Both the position numbers and the translations under genes were made by a program. Shown here one piece after another: positions 9,462 through 24,905 of a stretch of 64,000 nt of DNA; within the stretch, counting starts at the first letter, position 1, and every line of letters begins with the position of its first letter. The notes under the pieces were generated by a model, which was not told where the DNA came from, searched no databases, and saw only the letters and a program-made list of their open reading frames with translations. The DNA is from an uncultured delta proteobacterium (GTDB lineage Bacteria > Desulfobacterota > Syntrophia > Syntrophales > UBA5619): NCBI GenBank assembly GCA_963842685.1, contig CAWJHT010000041.1, positions 18,282-82,281 on the forward strand. Reading direction: 5' to 3'.

Positions 9462-10455
9462 TCAGCCGCCGATCGCCGGCATCTCCTTCATGCATTTCTT
9501 TATATGACCCTCGTCGCAGGATTCCTGATGCTGCTTCTGGTTTCCGGGCGATCGCCCTTTGTATCAGCTTCCCGATCTCTTCATCGCCGCCGCCCCGCCG
9601 CAGGGGGCCTTTGAGGTCCATTTCGTCGTCCGACAGCAGGCAGGCCCGGAGGTGCCCGTCCGCCGTCAGACGAAGGCGGTTGCAGGAATGACAGAAATGG
9701 CGGCTCACCGGAGTGATGAAACCGATCTCACCCGCTCCTCCGGCCAGGCGGTAGATCCGCGCCGGTCCGTCATTCCTGGTTCCTCTGCCGTTGACCGCCT
9801 GGAGCGTCCCCAACGCGCCTATTTGCTCCTTGATGACGCTGTTGGCGAGGTAACGGCCGTTGTTCTCGATGCCCGCTTCGCCCAGGGCCATCAGTTCGAT
9901 GAAGCGGATCTGATAGGGGTGATCGAGGGTCAACCGGGCGAAATCCAGGATCTCGTCGTCGTTGAATCCCTTGATGGCCACGATGTTGATCTTGATCGGT
10001 GAAAAACCGGTCTCCCGGACCTTTCGGATTCCCCGAAGGACGGCCTGGATATCGCCCCCCCGCGTGATTTTTGCATACTTTTCGGCATTCAGTGAATCGA
10101 GGCTGATGTTGATCCGTCGGATTCCCGCCTCGAACAGCCGCTCCGCATAAGCTTCGAGAAGAATGCCGTTCGTCGTCAGGCTGATATCGGTCAGTTCGGG
10201 TATCGTCCGGAGCGAGGCGATGAATTCCGTCACACCCCGGCGGACCAGCGGCTCGCCGCCGGTGATCCGGACCTTCGTGATCCCTTCCCCTGCGGCGATT
10301 TTGATGATCCGTAGAATCTCCTCATACCTGAGGATGTCGTCATGACCGATGAGAGAAAGCCCCTCCTTGGGCATGCAATAGGTGCAGCGGAGGTTGCACC
10401 GGTCTGTGACGGATACTCTCAGGTAGTTGATATCCCTATTGTACTGATCGATCAT
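9462..10455 (-). pseudogene. moaA: GTP 3',8-cyclase MoaA (molybdenum cofactor biosynthesis); frame break near ~9540
   Basis: MIDQYNRDINYLRVSVTDRCNLRCTYCMP. A C-terminal CHSCNRLRLTADG cluster is present. The conserved ...MPAIGG* tail is recovered only in a shifted frame, ending at 9462. Confidence 0.9.
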
Positions 10456-10676
10456 TGCCGATTTGAATACTCCTTTATCTCCCCGAAAACCGGGTGAGTA
10501 TTTTCTAACACAGTTTCCATCACATGACAAGCCGTCGTGTCCGGACACATTTCTTGCTTGACACTCCCTCCTTTCTCTACTAATGATCACCGTTCACGCG
10601 GTGGGAGATCCGGCGGGTCGTTGACCCCTGCGTCCCCCAGCGAGGCAGCTTTAAAAAAACAGGCAGGAGAAGGTTC

Positions 10677-11162
10677 ATGGAAAAGATGCCCATCACCAGG
10701 GCGGGATTTACGAGATTGAAGAGGGAACTGGAAGTCTTAAAGACGGTTTCCATTCCGGCGAACATCAAAGACATCGAGACGGCAAGGGCGCAAGGGGATC
10801 TGTCGGAAAACGCGGAATACTCGGCGGCGAAGGAGAGACAGTCCTTCCTGCACGGCAAGACGCAGGAACTGGAAAACGCCCTCGCGACATCCAATGTGAT
10901 CGACCTGAAGAACCTCTCCTGTGACAAGGCCGTCTTCGGCTCCTGTGTGACCATCGAGGACGTCAGTGACGGGAAAAAGATCACCTACCAGCTTGTCGGC
11001 CCCTATGAATCGGACCTCGAGAAAAACAGGATTTCCGTGACTTCGCCGATCGGCAAGGCGCTGATCGGCATGTGCGTCGGTAATGAGGTCAGCGTGAAGA
11101 CCCCGGGCGGCGTCCGGGAGTTCGAGATTGTGGATATCTCCGTTCAGGACGAAGAAGTCTAA
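10677..11162 (+). CDS. greA: Transcription elongation factor GreA
   Basis: Intact ORF: [16 protein letters not shown] and SPIGKALIG motifs. Confidence 0.9.
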   Translation: MEKMPITRAGFTRLKRELEVLKTVSIPANIKDIETARAQGDLSENAEYSAAKERQSFLHGKTQELENALATSNVIDLKNLSCDKAVFGSCVTIEDVSDGKKITYQLVGPYESDLEKNRISVTSPIGKALIGMCVGNEVSVKTPGGVREFEIVDISVQDEEV

Positions 11163-11566
11163 CCCTTCGTTGCGACATTCAGCCGGGTCACGGCCCGCAT
11201 AAGGGCCAGCCTGGCTTTTTCAAACTCCGCATCTTCCCGGGAGAGCTTGGTCAGTTTCTCTTCGGCCCGCTCCTTGGCCCGTTTCGCCCTTTCCAGGTCG
11301 ATCAGGTCCGATCTCTCCGCGCTTTCCACCAGGACCGTCACCTTGGAGGAGGAGACCTCCGCATAGCCGGTATGGACCGCATAGCGGGTCTTCTGATGAT
11401 TCCGGAGGAAGCTCAGTTCTCCAAAGTCCACCGAGCTCAAAAGCGGGGCGTGCCCCTTGAGGACGCCGAACTCCCCTTCCGTGCCGGGGATGGTCACCTC
11501 TTCGACGACCCCCCGGAAGGTCATCTGCTCCGGGGTCACGATTTCCAGAGTCAATTCATCCGCCAT
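11159..11566 (-). CDS. atpC: F1 ATP synthase epsilon subunit
   Basis: Intact ORF at the distal end of the atp cluster: LEIVTPE...[13 protein letters not shown]. Confidence 0.9.
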   Translation of the reverse strand: MADELTLEIVTPEQMTFRGVVEEVTIPGTEGEFGVLKGHAPLLSSVDFGELSFLRNHQKTRYAVHTGYAEVSSSKVTVLVESAERSDLIDLERAKRAKERAEEKLTKLSREDAEFEKARLALMRAVTRLNVATKG

Positions 11567-11581
11567 CTCAACATCCTCCGG

Positions 11582-13016
<1,435 letters not shown>

Positions 13017-13054
13017 TCACGACTCTCCGCTGCAAGCCTCTATTTTCTGTCCGT

Positions 13055-13930
13055 TCATCCTTTCGCCAGGGCCTCGGTCCCGCCCACGATATCCATCAGT
13101 TCGGCGGTGATCGCCGATTGTCTCACCTTGTTGTATTTGAGCGTCAGGCTCTGGATCATGTCCTCACAGTTCCGGGTGGCGTTGTCCATCGCCGCCATCC
13201 GGGCGCCGTTTTCCCCGGCGGAGGTCTCCACGAGCGCCCTGAAGATCAGGATGTGCACGTACATGGGAAGCAGCTTCTCCAGGAGGGCATCGGCGGAGGG
13301 TTCGTAGATGTAATCGAGCCTTTTCCCCGGCTCCAGCTCCTCTTTGCGTCCGATGGAGGGGAGGGGGAAGAGCCGGACCACGGTCGGCCGGTGTACGGCC
13401 ACATTGATAAACTCGTTGTAGAGGAGGTAGAGCTCGTCGTACTCCTCGGCGACGAAAGGCGGGATGACGTCCCCGGAGATCTGCACGGCAAGGTTCATGT
13501 CGAATTTTCCGAAGACATCGGCCCGGGCGTTGATCACGGTCGCCTTTTTCCGGAAATAGTCCCGGCCTTTCCGGCCGATGGGGATGAGCGAGACCTCCAG
13601 GCCCTCGCTCTGCTTTTCCCTGATGAACCGTTCGGTGGCCTTGATCAGGTTGTTGTTGAAGCCCCCGCAGAGCCCCCGGTCGGAGGTCATGCAGATGACG
13701 CGGATCCGCTTCGGTTCCCGGACCGCGAGCAGCGGGTGGGCTTCGGCGTCCACCCGGAGCGCGAGACTGTTCAGGACTTCCATGAACTTCACGGCATAGG
13801 GCCGGAAGTTTTCCATCCGCGTCTGGGCCGCCTTGAACTTCGAGGCGGCCACCATGTTCATCGCCCTGGTGATCTGTCTCGTTTTCTGAACGGCGGTGAT
13901 TTTCCGTTTAATGTCCTTGAGTGCGGCCAT
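13055..13930 (-). CDS. atpG: F1 ATP synthase gamma subunit
   Basis: Intact ORF: MAALKDIKRKITAVQKTRQITRAMNMVAASK...ITAELMDIVGG. Confidence 0.9.
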   Translation of the reverse strand: MAALKDIKRKITAVQKTRQITRAMNMVAASKFKAAQTRMENFRPYAVKFMEVLNSLALRVDAEAHPLLAVREPKRIRVICMTSDRGLCGGFNNNLIKATERFIREKQSEGLEVSLIPIGRKGRDYFRKKATVINARADVFGKFDMNLAVQISGDVIPPFVAEEYDELYLLYNEFINVAVHRPTVVRLFPLPSIGRKEELEPGKRLDYIYEPSADALLEKLLPMYVHILIFRALVETSAGENGARMAAMDNATRNCEDMIQSLTLKYNKVRQSAITAELMDIVGGTEALAKG

Positions 13931-13962
13931 TCAACCTTGCTCCCTTATGGCATAGGAAAAGT

Positions 13963-15477
<1,515 letters not shown>

Positions 15478-15480
15478 GCT

Positions 15481-16026
15481 CTATCTTTCCTCCCCTAAGA
15501 GATTCCTGATGTGGTTCAGTTGTGTCCTGATGCTGCCGTCGTAGAGCGTATCCCCGACCCGGACGACGATGCCCCCGAGAAGAGTGGGGTCTTCCTGGAC
15601 GGTCATCTCGACCTGCCTGCCGGTCAGCTTCTCCATCTCCCTCAGCAGCCGGGCGGAGAGCTCGCCGGTGAGAGGGAAGGCCGTCTTCACCGTGACACTG
15701 ACTTTTTTGAGGGCATCCTCCACCAATTCCCGGTAGCAGCCTTCGATATCGGAAAGGATGCCGATGCGTCGCTTGTCGACGAGCAGTTTCAGAAAGTTGG
15801 CGGTCAGCGGGGAGAGGTGGAGCTTCGCAAGAAGCGCTTCTACAACCGCTTTCTTGTCGGGCTGATCGAAGACCGGGTTGGCCAGAAACTCGCTCAGAGT
15901 CTTGTTTTCCTTCAAGAGGGCGGAAAAACGACCCAGCTCCTGAGAGTACTCCTCGTAACGCTGCTCTTCGCCGGCGATTTTAAAAAATGCGCGGGCGTAA
16001 CGTTTGGCGATATTGCTGCTGATCAA
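15481..16026 (-). CDS. atpH: F1 ATP synthase delta (OSCP) subunit; lies in one continuous ORF with subunit b
   Basis: (L/M)ISSNIAKRYARAFF...LLGGIVVRVGDTLYDGSIRTQL. A possible TTG start at 16026. There is no stop codon between the b part and the delta part (ORF 15481..16677). Confidence 0.75.
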   Translation of the reverse strand: MISSNIAKRYARAFFKIAGEEQRYEEYSQELGRFSALLKENKTLSEFLANPVFDQPDKKAVVEALLAKLHLSPLTANFLKLLVDKRRIGILSDIEGCYRELVEDALKKVSVTVKTAFPLTGELSARLLREMEKLTGRQVEMTVQEDPTLLGGIVVRVGDTLYDGSIRTQLNHIRNLLGEER

Positions 16027-16677
16027 TTTTTGCTCACCACCTTCGTCGATATAGTCCTCGACCATGGCTTCATGATCCGTCGCCTGGATATGCTTCCTCA
16101 AGAGCTCTTCGGCCATCTGCGTGGAGAGGCGGACCGTCTCGCTGCGGAGCTGTTGAGATGCCTTCTTGAATTCCTGTTCAATCCGCGTCTGAGTGTCTTC
16201 CTTCATCTTTTCCGCCGCCTTCCCGGCTTCCGCGATGATCCGCTCTTTTTCGGAAAGGCCCTGGGATCTGATCATTTCACTGATCTGCTCAATTTCCCCC
16301 GTCGCCTTGTCGAGCTTTATGGAGTATTCCTGGAACTTCTTTTCCGCCGCCTCGCGGGCCGCTGCGGCTTCGGCCAAGGCGGTCCGGATCCCTTTATGCC
16401 GTCCGGTGAAGAACTCCTTCGCCTTCTTTGCCAGGAGCCAGTATATGACGCCGGCCAGGACGATGAAGTTGACCGATCTCCAGAAAAAATTCAACCAGTT
16501 CGGGCCCTCGTGGCCTCCCGTCTCGCCACCTCCTGAAGCATAGGCTGCCGTCAGCCGGAAAACACAGACCATGAGGCAGGGGATCAGGCAGAGAAAAATC
16601 CTGCGACCGGTTCCCAGCCCTTTTATCGGCAGTCCTTCATGGCTCCCGGAACGGCCGGGTCCGGGCTTCTCTCTCAT
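16027..16677 (-). CDS. atpF: Fo ATP synthase subunit b; continuous with delta in this sequence
   Basis: One TM segment (FIVLAGVIYWLLAK) followed by a long charged helix. The start overlaps the stop of the b' gene. Confidence 0.7.
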
Positions 16678-17102
16678 TGGAGACTCCTTCCCAGGACTTT
16701 TTCCGCAATCTCAACGGATAGCTTCTGAGACTGACCGGTCAGCGTCCTTTTGGCCGCGTCGATTTCCTCTTCCATCCGGACGTGGAACTGTTCCATGAGG
16801 CCGGGGATCTCGGCGCGGACGGCATCGATGATCTCCTTGGCCTCTTCGGCGCCCTGGCGGATGATCTCGTTTTTCTGTTCGATGGCGATTGCCTTGGCTT
16901 GGCGGAGTTTCTCTTCGTACGCCGCCATCTTCTGTTCCACGGTTTCCCGGAGGCGCTTGATCTCGGCTTCCGACTCCGCGAATTGCTGCTTCCGTTTGTC
17001 GATCATGCCGAGGAGCGGTTTGTACAGAAGACGATTCAGGATAAATATCAGAAGGATGAAGTTAATAATCTGGATTCCCAGTGAATAATCGAGACTGACC
17101 AC
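16674..17102 (-). CDS. Fo ATP synthase subunit b'
   Basis: An N-terminal TM segment (IINFILLIFILNRLLYKPL) followed by a charged coiled coil. First gene of this atp block. No a or c subunit genes lie adjacent. Confidence 0.75.
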   Translation of the reverse strand: MVSLDYSLGIQIINFILLIFILNRLLYKPLLGMIDKRKQQFAESEAEIKRLRETVEQKMAAYEEKLRQAKAIAIEQKNEIIRQGAEEAKEIIDAVRAEIPGLMEQFHVRMEEEIDAAKRTLTGQSQKLSVEIAEKVLGRSLQ

Positions 17103-17521
17103 TGCCTGTCACCTCTCAGGATGTGAATCATAAAAAAGCCAGGTGTAATGGAAAACATTACCCCGGCTGCTGACAGCGAAAGATTTTTTACAAAAAAACG
17201 TCTTTGGCAAGCTCGGTTCATCAGACATACGCGCCGATCGTTTTTTCTCCGGTCTGCGTCCACCCCAAATCTCCGTAATTCCATATTGGAAGCCAAAAGA
17301 ACTGCAGCCCGGCCGCTTACACGCTGTGGAAGCAATGGTCCGATATGACAAGCGCTTTCCGCATCGGAGTCAGTAAACAAAACCGCGGTCAGTATCTGTA
17401 CTATTCTGAGCCGGCTGTCAAGGAAAAAGACGAGCCCACCCCATATTTTTCTCCCCCCGAGAGCCTTGCGGGGAAGCCGTATTGATTCATTCCCGGTTGA
17501 ACTGCCGTCGCACCCGGCTTG

Positions 17522-17923
17522 TCATCGCTTATCCCCGAACGCCGCCCGCTCCAGCGGGAGGGGATGGACTTCGGCTTCACTGCGGGTCATATGGCAGGTT
17601 CCCTCGAAGAAAGCCCCCTCCTCGACGGCAAAGGAAGGGGTGTTCACATCGCCGATCAGTTTTCCCGGTGAATAGATCTTGAGACTCTTCTTGACGTCGA
17701 TCTTCCCGCGCACCTCGCCGCTGACCAGGACGTTGTCCACGTGGATATCGGCTTCGATCTCGGCGCCTTCGCCTATCACCAGCGTGCCGTTGCCGAAGAT
17801 GTCGCCCTTGAAATCGCCGTCGATCCGGACCGAACCGTTGAACATCAGCTTTCCGCTGAATTCGGCGCCTTTACCTAAAAAGGCCCTGACCTCTTCCTCT
17901 TCTTTTCTCTTTAGTCCCAGCAT
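17522..17923 (-). CDS. Bactofilin (DUF583 polymer-forming cytoskeletal protein)
   Basis: Beta-helical repeat pattern FSGKLMFNGSVRIDGDFKGDIFGNGTLVIGEGAEIEADIHVDNVLVSGEVRGKI. ATG at 17923 is preceded by GGAGG. Lies 27 nt downstream of rodA. Confidence 0.8.
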   Translation of the reverse strand: MLGLKRKEEEEVRAFLGKGAEFSGKLMFNGSVRIDGDFKGDIFGNGTLVIGEGAEIEADIHVDNVLVSGEVRGKIDVKKSLKIYSPGKLIGDVNTPSFAVEEGAFFEGTCHMTRSEAEVHPLPLERAAFGDKR

Positions 17924-17949
17924 ATTACGCCTCCCACAATGGCTGTTGG

Positions 17950-19064
17950 TTATGATTGAAGAATGAACCTTCGTACGCTGATATTCATCAGCAGGCCGAC
18001 GGCCGTCATCAGGACCACCATCGACGAACCGCCGTAGCTGAGAAACGGCAGGGGAATACCCACCACGGGAAGGATTCCCAGGACCATGCCGATGTTGATG
18101 AAGACCTCCCAGAAGATCAGCATGGTGATCCCGAAGGCGACAAGCGCCCCCAGATAGTCCTTGGAATGGATGACGATCTTCAGCCCCCACAGGATCAGCA
18201 GACAGGAACATGATCATCAGGATCAATCCCGCCCAGAAAACCCCACTCCTCCGCAAAGACGGAGAAGACGAAATCCGTCTGCTGTTCCGGCAGGAACTTG
18301 AGCTGGGTTTGGGATCCTTTCAGGAATCCCTTTCCGAAGAGTCCTCCCGAACCCACGGCGATCATCGACTGGATGATGTGGTAGCCCGAACCCAGGGGAT
18401 CCCTTTCCGGGTTGAAGAAGGTCAGAATCCGTTCCTTCTGGTAATCTTTTAAAAGATACCAGCCGATGGGCGCCAGGATGATGCCGCCGACGGCGGCGAT
18501 CAGGAGCGATTTCCAGTCCAGACCGACAAAAAAGACGATCGACAGAAACAGGATGAGGAGAATCAGCCCGGTTCCGAGATCGGGCTGCTTCAGGATGAAC
18601 AGAAACGGGATCATGACGATCAGAAAAGGGATGAACAGTTCGCGCAGGCGGTAGTCCCTGCCGAGCTGGTGGCGGTCGAAGTATTTGGCCAGCGCCAGGA
18701 TGATCGTCAGCTTGACCAGTTCCGACGGCTGGAAGGTGAAGCCGCCGATGGCGATCCACCGCTGGGAGCCCCGCGTCGCATAGCCGGCCGTAAAGACGAC
18801 GAGCAGAAGGATGATGGAGATGCCGTAGATGATATAGGCATGGCGGGCAAGAAAGCGGTAATCCATAAAAAAGGCACAGGCCATCCCGACGACGCCGATG
18901 AGGATCCATTGGATCTGCTTGACGTAGAGCGGCGTCCGGTGGAAATCGGTGAGGCTGAAACCGGCGCTGTAGATGTTGAGCAGACCGATGCCGCTGAGGA
19001 GCAGGACCAGGATGAACAGGGTCCAGTCGAAGTTGAGGATGAGACGGCGGTCCAGTTTGATCAT
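17950..19064 (-). pseudogene. rodA: Peptidoglycan glycosyltransferase RodA (SEDS family); two frame breaks at ~18190-18215
   Basis: ORF 18195..19064 covers most of the protein (PSELVKL, QPDLGT, FAEEWGF). The C-terminus GIPLPFLSYGGSSMVV...RRFILQS* is recovered in a third frame, ending at 17950. Confidence 0.9.
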
Positions 19065-19091
19065 GGCTTTCTCGTCTCCCGCTCCGCGGCG

Positions 19092-20958
19092 TCACTCCCC
19101 TGCAGGTCGGGTTTGCATCACTTTCTTCCGGGCAAAGTAGGCATCGATGACCTTTCTGGCCACCGGGGCGGCCGCGGAACCTCCGTGACCGGCGTTTTCC
19201 AGGATGACCGCCACCGCAATTTCCGGATTTCCATAAGGCGCAAAGCAGACAAAGAGGGCATGGTCCCGGAAATCGGCCGATACACGCTTCGCCTTTCTGG
19301 CCTTTTGATCCTGCGGAAGTCCGATCACCTGGGCGGTGCCCGTCTTCCCGGCGACATCGGCCTCTTTCCTCTTCAGGACATACCCCGTTCCCCCCTTTTC
19401 GTTGACCACCCCCCACAGGGCCTGGTTGATGATCTGGATGGTCTTGCGGGCTGACCGGCAGGGCGCCCAGTTTCTCCGGTTCGTATACTTTTACGACATG
19501 TCCGTCGGAAGATTCAAGCTGTTTTACGAGCCGGGGCCGGTAAAGGGTGCCGCCGTTGGCCAGGGTGGCATAGACGTTGGCGAGCTGGAGCGGCGTGACG
19601 AGGTTGAATCCCTGGCCGATGGCGATGGAGATGGTTTCTCCCGGCTGCCAGGGCTCCTTCAGGCGGGAGAGTTTCCACTGTTTCGTAGGGATCAGGCCGC
19701 CCTTCTCCCGGGTGAGGTCGATGCCCAGGGGGGCGCCGAGGCCGAAGGCCCGCGCGTAGGCGGCGATCTTGTCGACGCCGAGCAGCTTGCCCAGGTTGTA
19801 GAAATAGACGTCGCAGGACTCCACGATGGCGCGGTGGAGGTTGACGTGTCCGTGACCCTTCTCTTGCCAGCAGCGGAAGATCCGGTTGCCCATCTCGAAG
19901 GTGCCGTTGCAGTAGAAGGTGGTCTCCGGGGTGATCAGCCCCTCTTCGAGGGCGGCTGCGGCGACGACGGGTTTGTAGGTGGATCCCGGCGGGTACTGTC
20001 CGGAGATCGACCGGTTTTCCATGGGATGCCGGCGGTTCGTTGGCGAGTTTCTCCCAGTCGTCGGAGGAGATGCCGCCGTTGAAGAGGTTCGGATCGAAGG
20101 AGGGTGAACTGACCAGGGCGAGGACCGCGCCGTTGCGGGGGTCCAGGACCGCCACCGCGCCCGGCCGGTTGCCGATGGCCTTCCATGCCGCCTCCTGGAG
20201 CGCCGAATCGATGGTCAGGACGACATTGTCACCCGGTTCCGACGGGATCCTGCCGAGGGAACGGACCGCCTTGCCGGCCACATTGACCTCGACCTGTTCG
20301 GCGCCGCTTTTGCCCCGGAGGTGGGAATCGAGGAATTTTTCGATGCCGAACTTGCCGATGATATCGCCCGGTGTGAGCAGGTCCGTGCTGTCCGATCCAG
20401 TTCCTCCCGGCTGACCTCTCCCGTGAATCCGATGATCTGTGCGGTCATCTCCCCGTTGAGATACTGCCGGACGGGCGTCACCTCCGCGACCACGCCGGGG
20501 AGTTCGAGGGCATGGGTCTCCACCACGGCAAGTTTTTCCATGCTGATGTTCCGTCTCGAGGATGAACGGGCACAAGGGGTTTAACCTTGCCCGTAAAGGA
20601 ATTGAGGGAGGAAGGCGTCAGGGATCGCTCGGCGTAGAGGGTTCTGATCTTTTCGATGATCGTATTGACGTCTCTTCGTCCGGTTGGGGATGAAGACGAG
20701 GTCGAAGGAGGGTTGATTGTCCACCAGGACCTGTCTTCCGGCATCCATGATCAGACCGCGCATCGACTTGATCTTCCGCAGGCGGACGCTGTTGTTTTCG
20801 GAGCGCTGCCGCAGTTCGTCCCCCTTGATGACCTGCAGATACCACAGCCTCATCACGATGAGCGTCAGCGCGATCGAGACGATGATGAACAGCATCTTGA
20901 ATTTGTTCTTGAACTGACCCGGCTCATACCCGTCGAGCCGGTCGTGTATCTTCTGCAT
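19092..20958 (-). pseudogene. mrdA: Penicillin-binding protein 2 (elongasome transpeptidase); at least five frame breaks
   Basis: Pieces lie in ORFs 20581..20958, 20478..20744, 20215..20541, 19514..20575, 18223..20022 and 19092..19409. STYKP active-site motif, then KTGTAQV. Confidence 0.85.
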
Positions 20959-21437
20959 GCAGAAAAACCTCGAAACGTTGAAAAAGGCGGAAAAAAAGGG
21001 GGCTCAGGAGTCCCAACACGACGGCCTGCGGGATGAAGATCTTCGGGATCGCATAGAGGATATCGGCGCCGAAGAAGAAACGGTAGAGGAGAACGATCAC
21101 CAGACCTTCCAGAAGCGTGCAGAGTCCCGTGAAGGATGCGATAAGGACGGGTTTTTCCGCGTAGACCTTTCCCGCGACGATCATGGAGAGATAAAAGATG
21201 AGGATATAGAGAAAAATGTAGAGGCCGAAAATCGCACTGGTCAGACAATCCAGAAAGAAACCGAGCACAAGCGAAAGGAGGCCTCCCCGGAGCGCGTCGA
21301 GATGGAATCCGGCATAGATCACGACGATCAGGGAGATCTCCATGCCGATCCATCCCAGAGAAAAGAGATCCAGGATCGTGATCTGGACGATCACCAAGAA
21401 GAAGCAGCAGTAACGGGAGGAGAAGGTAATAGATCAT
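20924..21437 (-). pseudogene. mreD: Rod shape-determining protein MreD; frame break near ~21395
   Basis: Polytopic hydrophobic protein located between mreC and mrdA. Start MIYYLLLPLLLLLL is in ORF 20865..21437; the remainder is in ORF 20924..21397. Confidence 0.7.
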
Positions 21438-22261
21438 GGCTTGGCCCCCGCGTCAACGATCAGGGCCAGAACCTCCTCCAACTTGCCGAAATCGACGGCG
21501 GGCGCCACGTCGATCTTCTGAAAGAGCCCTCCTTCCCGGCGGGAGGCGCCGGTGACGACGCCGAGGAGCAATCCCTTGGGAAACACGCCGGCCAGGCCGG
21601 AGGAGAGCACCACATCGCCCGTCTGGACATCCTCCACCCGGGAGATGTATTTCAGGTTGCATCCCGCCGAGCCGGCGCCCTGGAGGATCCCCTGGGCGCG
21701 GCTTCGCTGGATCAGGGCATCGATGTTGCTGTTTTCATCGATCATGAGCAGGACCCGCGAGGCGTGCCAGGAGGTTTCGATGATCCTTCCCACCACCCCC
21801 TGATCGGACAGGACCGGAAGCCCGACCCGCAGGCCGTCGGCGGTTCCCTTATTGATAAGAAGCGTCTTGAACAAGGACGTGCGGTCGCTGTCGATCACCC
21901 TGGCGACCACGGTCCGATGTTTAAAGTCGTCCTTGATGTTGAGGAGCTTCCGGAGACGGATTCCCTCCAGGTATCCTTCCCGGTAACGGTTGAGCTGTTC
22001 GTTCAGGACGGCGCTTTCATGCCGGAGCCGCCTGTTTTCATCTTCCAGGCCGACGAGAAAGAGATACCGCTTCCAGACATCATGCAGGCTCTTGAGCGAG
22101 ATATTGATCGCATCTTCGACAGGGGCAGCCGTTTCCAGGACCATTTTCCGCAGGAGGCCGGTTTCGGACAGCCGCACCGCGCTGTAGGAAAGGATGACCA
22201 GGGATACGATCAGCAGAACGGCCGCCAGCGCTATGGATTGGTATTTTCTGGGGATTAACAT
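21434..22261 (-). CDS. mreC: Rod shape-determining protein MreC
   Basis: Intact ORF: TM anchor, a coiled coil (ENRRLRHE...), then GDVVLSSGLAGVFPKGLLLGVV. Confidence 0.9.
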   Translation of the reverse strand: MLIPRKYQSIALAAVLLIVSLVILSYSAVRLSETGLLRKMVLETAAPVEDAINISLKSLHDVWKRYLFLVGLEDENRRLRHESAVLNEQLNRYREGYLEGIRLRKLLNIKDDFKHRTVVARVIDSDRTSLFKTLLINKGTADGLRVGLPVLSDQGVVGRIIETSWHASRVLLMIDENSNIDALIQRSRAQGILQGAGSAGCNLKYISRVEDVQTGDVVLSSGLAGVFPKGLLLGVVTGASRREGGLFQKIDVAPAVDFGKLEEVLALIVDAGAKP

Positions 22262-22267
22262 GCATCC

Positions 22268-23323
<1,056 letters not shown>

Positions 23324-23542
23324 CTAAAAATCCGGTAAAATGACATTCACAATCGAAAGGATAGTTTCCATTAGGTTTTTTTCTATACCGTATTTTCCAC
23401 CCCTTATCAATCCATTTTTCCAAAAAATCATTGCATTTTACAGGTGACTATATTACTTAGCCGAATATTGGCTCTTGATCAACTTTATTACATAAACCTC
23501 TAGAAAGCATTCAGTATTCCTGAAACGACAGGTTAAGGAAAC

Positions 23543-24905
23543 TTGATAAAACAGCCATTTCCTCAAAAACAAAACAGCCCGGTCCGTCCCGAGACACTCA
23601 TCGGGCTAATACTGATTGCCGTCCTCCTTCTGTCCACCCTCACCTTTGCTTATCTTTATTTAAAGGACCGAAAGCAGAGGGATCTTCTCTTGAAGCAGGT
23701 TCAGGAAACACAGAAAAGGCTGGATCAGATTCACATGTCCCTGACCCAGGGGGATCTGAAAAAGGCCTTTTCAGAGCTGGCCCAGGCACAAAAAAACGTA
23801 GCCGACCTTTTGCCCCCCGTCACGGAGAGCGCGCCAAAACCGATCATTGCACAGAAACAACCGCCGTCACCCATGCCATCCGCTACCGCTCCGCTTCCCA
23901 TATCCAAGCCGCCTGCCGAGGCTCCGGCGCCCATACCGCCTGCACCTGTTCCTGCATCCAAGCCGCCTGCAGCGGTGCCGGCGCCGGTCCCTGCTGCTCC
24001 TGGAACCGCTCCGGTAAAATCATCGCCGGCCCCCAGTCCGGCCGGATTGAGCCCTGGCTGCCGACGAGAGCCCCTATCCCTTTATCCTGGCTGAGGCGGG
24101 TGAATACCTGATCGTCGCTGAAAAAGATCAGAAAAACCTGCACCTGTTTCACTATACCGACAACCGGTTTGTGCTCGTAAAAAGTTATCCCTGCATCGTC
24201 GGCGCCAACGGTTTCGACAAAAAAAGGGAGGGAGACCTTGCCACCCCGGTGGGTAACTATTTTACCCTGCGCTATATCCCCGGGAAAAATCTTCCGGAAA
24301 AATACGGTCATGGCGCTTATGTCCTCAATTACCCGAACTTCCTGGACCGCAAGGCCCGGAAGGATGGGACAGGGATCTGGCTGCACGGGCACACCCCGGG
24401 CAAGAGTCTCGGCGATCCGGAACTTCAGAACACCAAAGGCTGTATTGCCGTCAATAACGAAGTGCTCAGGGAACTGACGGGATTTCTCAAAGCCAGCGGC
24501 ACCCCCGTGGTCGTGGTCAACCGGCTTCAGTTGACCAAAACCTCGACCCAAAGGCAATTGGCCGAGGAACTCAATACCTTCATGAAGGCCTGGAGCAAGG
24601 CCTGGGAGAGCGGAAACACCAAAACATTCATGAGTCATTATTCCAATGATTTTATCAACGGCGACGGGATGAATTACCAGGCGTTCAAACGGCAGAAGGA
24701 AAGGGTCAACAGCGGAAAGAAATTCATCCGTGTCCAAATCGAAAATCCTGCAATCCTGCTTGCTCAGGAAGAGAAGGGGCAGATCGCCGTGTTCCGCTTT
24801 ACACAGCGATACCGTTCCAACAACTTTGAAAGTGATTCCAGAAAGATTTTTTATCTGAAAAAAGGACAGGCGGGATGGCAAATCATCGGCGAATCAAGAC
24901 TATAG
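23543..24905 (+). pseudogene. L,D-transpeptidase (YkuD) family protein with Pro/Ala linker and C-terminal NTF2-like domain; frame break ~24050-24080
   Basis: TM anchor, then a PA-rich linker (ORF 23543..24094). YkuD catalytic region GIWLHGHT...TKGCIAV is in ORF 24171..24905. Annotated with a TTG start. Confidence 0.75.

Noticed and set aside
10456-10676. Possible Moco riboswitch, or a regulatory 12-nt palindrome GTGTCCGGACAC (10537..10548), in the moaA/greA intergenic region.
   Set aside because: I could not match the leader to the Moco RNA motif from memory, and the palindrome occurs only once. There is not enough evidence without a covariance-model search.
17103-17521. Small ORFs upstream of the b' gene as candidate atpI/atpZ-type genes.
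   Set aside because: Translations (for example 17109..17351 and 17048..17380) are not hydrophobic membrane proteins and have no RBS. The region is more likely to hold the atp promoter and the bactofilin terminator.
23860-24010. Tandem-repeat-like DNA (KPPA..APVP units).
   Set aside because: It encodes an imperfect Pro/Ala-rich linker inside the L,D-transpeptidase gene. This is low-complexity coding sequence, not a repeat element.
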